Below, in pieces: positions 37,701 through 46,700 of a stretch of 64,000 bases of DNA. Each line of letters opens with the position of its first letter. Position 1 is the first letter of the stretch. The position numbers were made by a program, and so were the translations under genes. The stretch is taken from the NCBI GenBank assembly GCA_905178155.1, contig CAJINV010000004.1, forward strand, positions 7,034,358-7,098,357, read 5' to 3'. Origin of the DNA: Amoebophrya sp. A120 (Eukaryota; Protista; Dinoflagellata). The notes under the pieces are model-generated. The model was not told the origin of the DNA. It saw only the letters and a program-made list of their open reading frames with translations, and searched no databases.

Positions 37701-40700
37701 TACTTCCTTGTTGTGGTATGGATTGCAAAAGTATCGCGTACCGTAGCAGTCATGCATTACAAGCTTTTTCCTTATAGGTAAATCCGCAATACAAATTTCA
37801 TAGTCTCATGCTGAGTAAATTTGTCATGCGATTTATACGAACCAGTACGATACTTCTGCAATGCATATGTGGGTTTGAAAAGCAATCGCGATATCTTCTT
37901 TGAAGAACCCCCGCATCGAAGCGATCCGGTTGGCGAGGATGGTGAGAGCATGCTCGTGTTTCAGAAACTCCGCTGCTGCGGCGAAGGTTAGGGCGTTTTT
38001 GTAGGTGCGAGAGGAAAGGGCCAAAGCGTTATTTTCGTATTCCGCTTGGAGAAGCGTCCCGATGTGTTGAAGGATGCGCTCCTGTCGGTCTTGTTCGTGG
38101 TCCCGCTTAGTAGGTGTACTTTTTGCTACATCGTCTCGTTGCACAAAAAGAGGGGCTGCAAATGGTAGCTGTAGTTGCGCTGGTTCTTCTTGTAAGAACC
38201 CCGGCTGTACATCATTAACCGGAGCTGCAACTACATCTGCTGCGCCGGCTCTAGCCTGCTGCGCACCTGGAAGATGCCTTTTGTTCCACGACCTGCGCGC
38301 CGTGGCGAATATGTTGACTTTTCTGTTTTGCGCCTTGAAGGGACAAAGGTCGTCGCCAGAAGACTTTAACAACTCGGCGTCAGAGTTACTAGAACTTCTC
38401 TTGCGCGGCCTGTTGGCTTTGGACCCAAAAACGAAAACGTCTTTCGGTTGTTCTTCGCACGTTTTCACAGTGCTTATTTCCACTTCCAGCTTCTCCTCGT
38501 CCTTCCCATCAATACCGCCAAGTTGCGCAACCTTGGTTTTCAACTTTTTCTTCGGCACAGCTTCTCTCGCAGGGCATGATTCAACCGCCCCTGTTTGTGC
38601 TTCGGGGAAGACCTGTGCGGAGGAACATGAACTTGAACCTGTGGCGGAACTAGAAGACGATGCGCCTCCGCTGCTCAATTGGCAAATGGCAGCTCCAGAG
38701 GAAGACGAAGCTGCAGTGGTGGCACCTTGACCAAAAACTACCGCAGTACTCCCAGTGGATGAAGCAGAAGTTGTCCTCTGTGCCAGGACCTTAGCCTTCT
38801 CTTCGCGTCGCAGCAGTGAAGATTTTTTCATCTTCTGCCACCTCCTGGTCGCAGAGGAACTACCTTGTTGTGCAACCGGACCGCCGGTAGCAGCGTTCTG
38901 TAGTCCCGGTCCTTGCGCAGAAGCTTTAGCCGGACCGGCTCCTTTCGAGCCAAACTTTTTTTTGTTAACGATCCCGGTCTTTCTTCTCCGCGCCTTCTTG
39001 CTCTTCAACGACCTTAGATTCGCCTCGTCCTTTCTATTCCCTGGAGCAGATCCTGCCGAGCACTGCTGTCTATAGCCCGAAGTCGTAATTGTATCCTGCT
39101 CTACTTTCATCTTCTGCTGCTGACTACTACTTCCGCTACCCCAAATACTGCTCGCTTCTTCCAAAACTCGTTTCTGTGCGCTTGAGGTTTTACTACTTGC
39201 GGCCCGTTTTATTCTTTCGGCCTCCGCGTCTGCGTCTGCCTGCACCTCCTTGTCGTATTTCTTTATCGCAGTCTCTTTCATTTTCCCGATTTCCTGCTTC
39301 AACCTGCAGACTGCCTGTCTCCCCTCCAGCAGCCCCACGACCCAGTTCATCGTTTCGTCTTGGTACACCCGCTCCGTTTTCGCGCCAAACGTCTCCTTAC
39401 CCGCGTACGGCCGCACGCTGTGCTCCGGATAGGCGGATCGGCCGCAGCCGAAATTCCCGGTGCGGGCGAAAAGTTTTTCCAGCCGGGAAGCGGTGCGTGG
39501 TGCTGTGATGTTGGCAGTTTATTTTTTGTGATGTTGTGTCTCAACTACACGTCGTCGATGTCGCTCATCATTCAAGAATAAACATAAAGAGCGACGTACT
39601 GGCACTAGCATTGTGTCACTTTCACACTTGTAATTGTAAATCAGTTTGAAAATAGTAATTTTCTCTTCTTGAAAGCTATTGACGATGCCTCACGACCTTG
39701 CAAGAACACAACCAGTACCTGTGAAGAACGTCGACGTTGACCCCGCGGCACTACTTATTCCCCCTCTGTTCGTCTGCAGCACCTCGTCCCTTCTCGCCAG
39801 CCGCCGACTGGTATGAGAGTGCACAACTCCCCCTCCCCCTCATTTGTCATGCAAAACTCCAGATTCAAATGCTTCCCTGTGGCACTGTTTGCATCACAGA
39901 TTTCGGAAGCCCAAACAGTACTACACTGGGCGCATGAATTTGTCATGCACAGGCTCCACGTGTGGTGGTGTTTGTATTGCTGTTCATGCAACACAAATGA
40001 GGCAGAGGGGGAGTTGTGCACTCTGATAACTGGCGCAGGGTCCTCCGTGATTCAAAACAACGGATATTCCCTGAAAATCATACCATCCCCACCAAATTTG
40101 TCGTGAAGTGAAGTGAAGTTCTCTTTGTCATGCAAAACATGTAATAAAAGGTGTGCTTGTCATGCAAAAAGTGGATGGGGATGGTCAATTTTCAGGGAAT
40201 AACGGAGCTTGGCGGTAGAGAGGTGAACGGATTCTGGTTGAACGGAGTAGAAGATGTTGACCAAAAACTACCGCTACTGGTCTCAGCCTATGCAACATTG
40301 CAAAAGTACCTTCCTACAGATTGCAGTCCTACATGACAAATCTAGCTCTCTACCTGATTCTGAATGACAAACTGCGTTTTTGTTTTTGGTAAAATTTGTC
40401 ATGCAATCAATACCTTAGTACAATACTTTTGCAATGCATACAGCCATGACTGATGATGTGCTGTCAAACCTATCAAAGTCCGTCGGCGTCATCATCTCCG
40501 GGCCTGCTGCCCACGCTGGTACGGTGTTTATTTTCTTTGCCTTGTTTGTTGTAGTTCCATATGCTTTCTTCTTGGGTGGAACTTCAGTCGATGGACTACT
40601 CGAAGTTGCAGTCGCAGCAGCCTCCACGGCGTCTAGAAACGCAAACGAATCTACCGAAGCCAGCCAGAAGTAAAACACCGGTCGCTTCGGATTCACATCC

Positions 40701-43700
40701 GGGTCCTCCATTGTCGATAACAGGGTATGCGACACGTATGCAGCGTAAGTTTCAATTCCTCCCTGTACAACACGTTGTGAATACAAATTTTTATGCGGTT
40801 TCTGCAAGACAGACCTTTTCTCTAATCCTATTCCGCATGACAAGTGGCATTCTCTAAATTTTTGGCGAGATAATTTGTGATGCACTTTGTGTGTGTGTAG
40901 AAGGTGAAGGAAATCGAAATTTGTATTGCATAACACCCAGCTGTGCCGCATCGAGTTCTTCTTTCCGGTCTGCGATTTCCAGTAGGAATCCGTCCGCGCG
41001 CTTTCGTCCACTGCGAGGAAAAACGGTTTCAAAATGGTTTCCTCCATCGTGTACGACTGTATCGTTTGAAACGCGTTGTCGTCGGACTTTTGGAGATTGA
41101 AACCACCATCTTCAGTAGAGCTACTGCCTCCGTCCAGCCGAAACTGGTCGACGAAATGATAGGTGGGAAGAAGGCCGGTGAGGTCTGCGAACCCCATCTT
41201 CTTGTAGTTACTGATCAGCACTGTGTGCATCGCGGGCGCGGGGATTACTTCTTGATCTACTTCTTCCACATCATGATCATGATCCTGGAAAATATTAACA
41301 TCTCGTCTTTCTCCGCCTTGGTCGGAGTTTCCTGCTGGAGATGGTCTGGTGCCAGCAGAAGTGCCTGTGCCACGAGAACCTGTAGTACTACTTCTAGGCG
41401 CGGGGGCCGCTCCCGGGTTCGGGTTCGCGTTCAGCTCGATGTAGGATTCGGTTGGCGTTTTTTCATAGCTGGTGGTGATCCCGTCGAAATCATTGGATGA
41501 ACTCAGATTCAGCACCCCGCGGCCTTTTCGCTTCCATAAATCTTGCCTCTGCTGCCTGCTCTTTGCAGATTTAGATTTATTTTCTTGCAGATCCACATGA
41601 TCCCGGCCGTAAGGAATGGAAAGGAGTTTCTGGTACAGCTTCGTCAACTCGCGGCCAATTGTCCGGAACAATCGCTATCACAGGAAAAAGTGTTAACGTT
41701 AACGGAATTTGTGATGCAGTGATGCATCAGAAAAGGTGCGCAAATTTGTATTGCATAGCATACACGGAAGGCAAAATTTGTAATGCATGACTGCCATCTA
41801 TGAAAATAACCGCTAACGTTAACACTTTTTTGTTTGATAATCGCTGCTGCGGTTTCAGGATCGCCGGGGTAAGGAGGTGATAAGGAACGAGCTTTATTGA
41901 CGATTTTTTTCCAAGATTATGCTCCTGTTGAGGAGCAGCTGCATCCAAGTTTTTTTCCTGTGGTGGTGCGGAAACATCAACAAAATCTTCTAGCGCCGTC
42001 TTCTCAACATAATCCGAGAGTTCCGTAGCGGTTTGTATTGGATTCAATTTCAGCAATCGCATCAGGTTCCGGCACTTCAGGTCCATGGGCTGCGCTTCGA
42101 TGATTTGGTCTCCTCCGTCGAAGTTGCCGAATTGCATCATGTTTGCCAGTATCCTGTGCAAAAGTATCGCACTCGTACTCGTTCTCGTAGTAATTGCAGG
42201 CACGCATGACAAATTTCCTTCCCAAGGTAAAACAGCATGACAAATTCAATTTTATTTCATGCTGAGAAAATTTGTGATGCAATTCATACTAGTACGATGC
42301 TTTTGCAATGTATAGCCAGTTGCTGCGCGATCTTCTGCATTGCCGGGGAGGAAAAGAGGGAGCCGGGCTGCGAATACATGTGACGTTTTTCGGCCAGTGT
42401 TTCGAACTCCTTGTTGTCATAAAGCAGAACTTTCCACAGGAGTATCTCCTGCAAGACATCCACCGGCAAGTTTGGTCGCAAGTTCAGGTGGACCGCACAA
42501 GTCGTCCCTCTTGTCAGGTCCAACTTCTTCATCGGATTTGCCTTGATAGCTTCCTTTTGTTGCTTGAAAAATCTCTCCCTTTGCAACTGCCGTTCGGCCA
42601 TAGGCTTCAAGGCCTCCGGATCAAAGCTGTGGCTGTCCATGTTGGCAACGTCCTTGATAAAGTGAAGCAGGCTCGCGGAAGCGTCGCAGGTAGCGTCGTC
42701 GAGCTGGGCTGATGCTGCAGAGGGGTCTGCTCGTCTTTCCAGAAAACTGTATTGCGGTCGAGGAAGAACATTTTTTCCATTGCATGCTTGTTGCATACGC
42801 AGCAATAAAGGAGCCGCCAGAAAGCAGAACGGCGTAGTAGAACTCCCGGAAGTATCAACGCAAAAGTACTACATAGTTGACGTTTCTCATCATTCAAGCA
42901 AAAACTTCATACGTTGCCAGCCCCGGCACGTGCAAAATCCCGCGGACCAGAAGTCGCTCAAGCACCGGAAATCGAAAGGTCACCACCGGCCAGTAGCTGA
43001 AGTACAGTGTGATGGTCAGCGCTTCGGCCTTCTCCTCGTATGTTTGTTGCGCTTGTTGCGCTTGTTGTGGTAGTCCGGGATCATCTGCGAGACTTCTTTC
43101 CCGCCACTGCATTGCCGGTAGTGCGGTGAGGCTGTGCGCCGCTTCCGCAACGGTTCCCGCTGATAAAGCGGCAGATGCGGGTCTTGCGGCAGCCGGTTCG
43201 AATGCTGCTCTTGCTTTAGAAGTGGGCGGGGTCATAATGGTATGATCTTGATCTTCACTGATCTCCATATGATCTTCCTCGTCACCGCCGGCTTGTTGCG
43301 GTTCTAGACGAGCCGCGATGACGTCGGCGTTCGAAACTCGCCGGCTACCGCCATCCAGCTGGCGTGCGAAAGCCAGGCTCGCTCTACTACTTGACGACAC
43401 TGAAGGAGGACCAGATTGTTCTTGTAGTACGGGCGCGGCTAGGGCTTGCTCATGACTTTCAGCTGCCGTACCACCAGGCTCCTCTTGATGTTCTTGTTCC
43501 TGCAGCCCACCGCCGCCTTGGTGGTCACCTACTCCTGTACTACCACGATCCGACTGCAGAGTCGCGGTGCTGGTACTTCTAGAAGAGGACGAGGAGGACG
43601 TCGAGCTTGAAGACGCCGCGCTACTCGAGCTACTGCTCGCTTCCCCAGAATTCGCCGCGTCTCGCGGCGAAGACTGCATGCCGGCAGTTTTCGCACCAGG

Positions 43701-46700
43701 ACTCTCCCCCTGGAGTTGCAGCTCGGCGAAGCTTGTACCTAGAGCAGCTGGTGCTGTTGTAGCACCTCCGGCGCTTTGTTGTTCCGCTTCGCCAGATGTA
43801 GTGGAGGAACGGGTTATCTCGGCCTCCGGTAATCCACCTCGAGCTGCAGCTGTTTGATTATATTCTCTCACCGATTCAGCCGCTGTCTGCTGGGCTAAAG
43901 CTAGCGCTCGCCGCAGCTCTTCGGCAGCTTCCTGAAGCTTTAGATTCTTCAGCCTCGCTATCAAATGCAAAGGTGTCTGGGTCTGGAAGAGGCATGCTGT
44001 TTTTGCATGACACAGAAGGTCTGGCACGGAAGCTCTAGCAACACAGGTTTCGAACAGCTTCCGCAATGCCGAATCCGCAAGACAAGTCCCCCATTTTGGT
44101 GACAGAAAGTGGGCAGCTTCTGCTAAGTGCCTATGCATGAGAGATTTTTCTGTGTTCTGAAATGCGCATCACAAGTTTGTATTCCTCCAGACCCGGACAT
44201 ATTTGCAATCCATACTCGCTTGCTCGCGTTCTTTTTCCTCTCGGTCCTCTTGTTCCTTCTTCAGAAGCGCGCTTTCCTTCTCCGCGATGCGGAGGTCATG
44301 CATCCGTTGCTGCGTCCACAATTCCTCCAACGTCTTTGTCCGGGCGAGCGGCAGCTCACCGGCGCGGTGGATCCTCGGCCACCGGTTATTGGGCGCCGAC
44401 GAGGAGGCCCGCTTCGTATGGCTTGGTCAGCTGGAGCCATGATCTTCTCAACTGGAACAATATTTAAACGACCCCGAACTTTTACACAAAGAAACACCAC
44501 TTGGCACAAAGAAGCACCACCAATATTTATATTTGATTGTCTTTGCACAAAATTATACATACGTTTTTCCACCACTTGAGAACATTGTTGTTCGAGCTGT
44601 GAGCAGCACCACACCATACTTCGACAACACCGTTTCCTGCTGGTGAAACACGATCGCTTCGGTTTGCCACCGGCTGTCGTACACGGAGTTCAATTCGCCC
44701 GCCAGCTCGTTCGCGAGTAATCCCAAGGAAAAATCCCCGTCTAGCCAATAGTCCGCGTCGTCATCGCGGAAGTTCCTGCTCCTGCTGCTGTTTCGCCTGC
44801 TGGCCGCCGATGGATTTTGAAACAGCGTTCCCTGACTCGGCCACGGCTCGCGGGAGGACCGACGCGGCCAGGTGATCTCACTGTGCGCGAAAATGCGGAC
44901 CCGAAACTTGGTTGGAGCTTTCGCATGATCCTTGTTCCGGTTGGGCTTTGAAGTCGAAGATGAACCATGCGCCGCGTGGAGGTCCTCTTGCGCTGGCTTC
45001 GAAGACGCAGACGCCGTGGCAGAAGATGACGTTCTTGGACCACTTGCGGCAGGAGTGCTGGATCTTTATTTCGAGTCAGTTAAACGAAGTGCTCGCATTT
45101 TATTTTCAAGTCCATACTTATGGATAGAGCGTGTAACGTAGTTGCTGCCCACAAGCAGTAATTCTACATTTCACTTTGGCCTCGACGTGGTACGAATACA
45201 CGGGCTTAAAGGATTGCGAAAGTGAACTGCAAGCGCAGCGAACTTTTTGGGTAAAGCTAAAGTCGAGCAGACAACCAAGAACTTGCGCCGTCTTTATTCA
45301 TTCTGTGTCGCTGTGCCAAGATGAAAACAAAAAACGAACGAAAACGTGCAAAATACCCTTGCTCGTCTTGATCCCCGGCCAGCAGTCCCATCCGGTGTTT
45401 GTACATGAAAATGCGGAACGCCAGCTCCCAATCCGTTTCCCGCACCGCCTCCACGTAGGTATTTGTGATGGGGTTTTTGATCTGCGGCATAGGATTCAGA
45501 GGCGTTGGCTGCCGTGGAGGGCGCACGTTCTGGGCGAGCTCCCAGTTGTCCAGGGACGTGGAGTCAAACCTAAATGAGAAGCAAGATAGGTTTGGATTTA
45601 CTTTATTTTGCGCACAAAAAACGGAGAAATTCATTCACAAGGAAAGAGCTGCCCACTGGGATTTGGAAACTACGGAATGGCATACAACTCAACATGATTT
45701 TCATATCTTGTTACCTATGCGGTGTACTGGAGTCGACGTAGAACTGTGGAATACGCATCAGTTCCTGTGTAATCGTATCAAATGAAAAAGTGTCTGGGTC
45801 TGGAATGTTGCCGGGTTTGTCATGCATATTTTGCATGACTCCTGACGTCTGTGATGGATGCCCTAGCATCACAGATTTTGTGAGGGCTTTCTGATGCCTA
45901 TGCCGCATGAGAAATGCCTTCCCGCCGGGGCAAAAACTGGACCGCTCCTGCTGTTCATGCAATACAGATTTTTGTAGCATCCAAACACAGCATCACAAGT
46001 TCGCATCCTTCCAGACCCAGACACTTTTGCAGTTGATAAATCGAGCACAGGTAGTTCTCGGGAGGATCTGGAGCCTTCCTATTTGTGTTGCCCTGATTGG
46101 CATCAAATCCTCCCCACTGAGTTCGGATTCTTGCGTGAATTTCCGCCGCCTCTGCGACTTCTTCCTCCAACAGCTGGATTTGCCGAGCAGGGTCTATTTG
46201 GTCCTCCATCACAGGGAACTCAGATGTCCAAAGGAAAATTCCCGCATACATACAAGAAGAAGAACAAACGATGTCTCTGCATAACAAAAGAACTTGCCTT
46301 CAATGATCTGAGTCAGCTTGACAAGTGTGACGCCCCAAGTAAACCAGATTGGCGGGCTTGCATTTTGTACATCATGCACGGGAAATCGAAATTTGTATTG
46401 CATATCAGAGTTGTAAAAAACATCATGTACGGGAAACTTGTATTGCATATCAGAGTAGAATTTTTCCAAAACCGCAAACTCCGCCGCAACCGACAGCCCG
46501 CCCTCATCAACATGCTCCTGTTCCTGTCGCTCCTGGGCAACACCAACATGCCTCACGAGCGGGGAGGGGGGCGGAAGCTCCTGCATCATGTTCATATCTC
46601 CTCCTTCAAGTTGTACAACTGGCTGGTCCCCCAGAGGTTGCCCGAAGTGCTCCGAAGTGGCCTGTGCCAGGTTCCGGAGGTCCGACGGGGTCGCTTGTGC

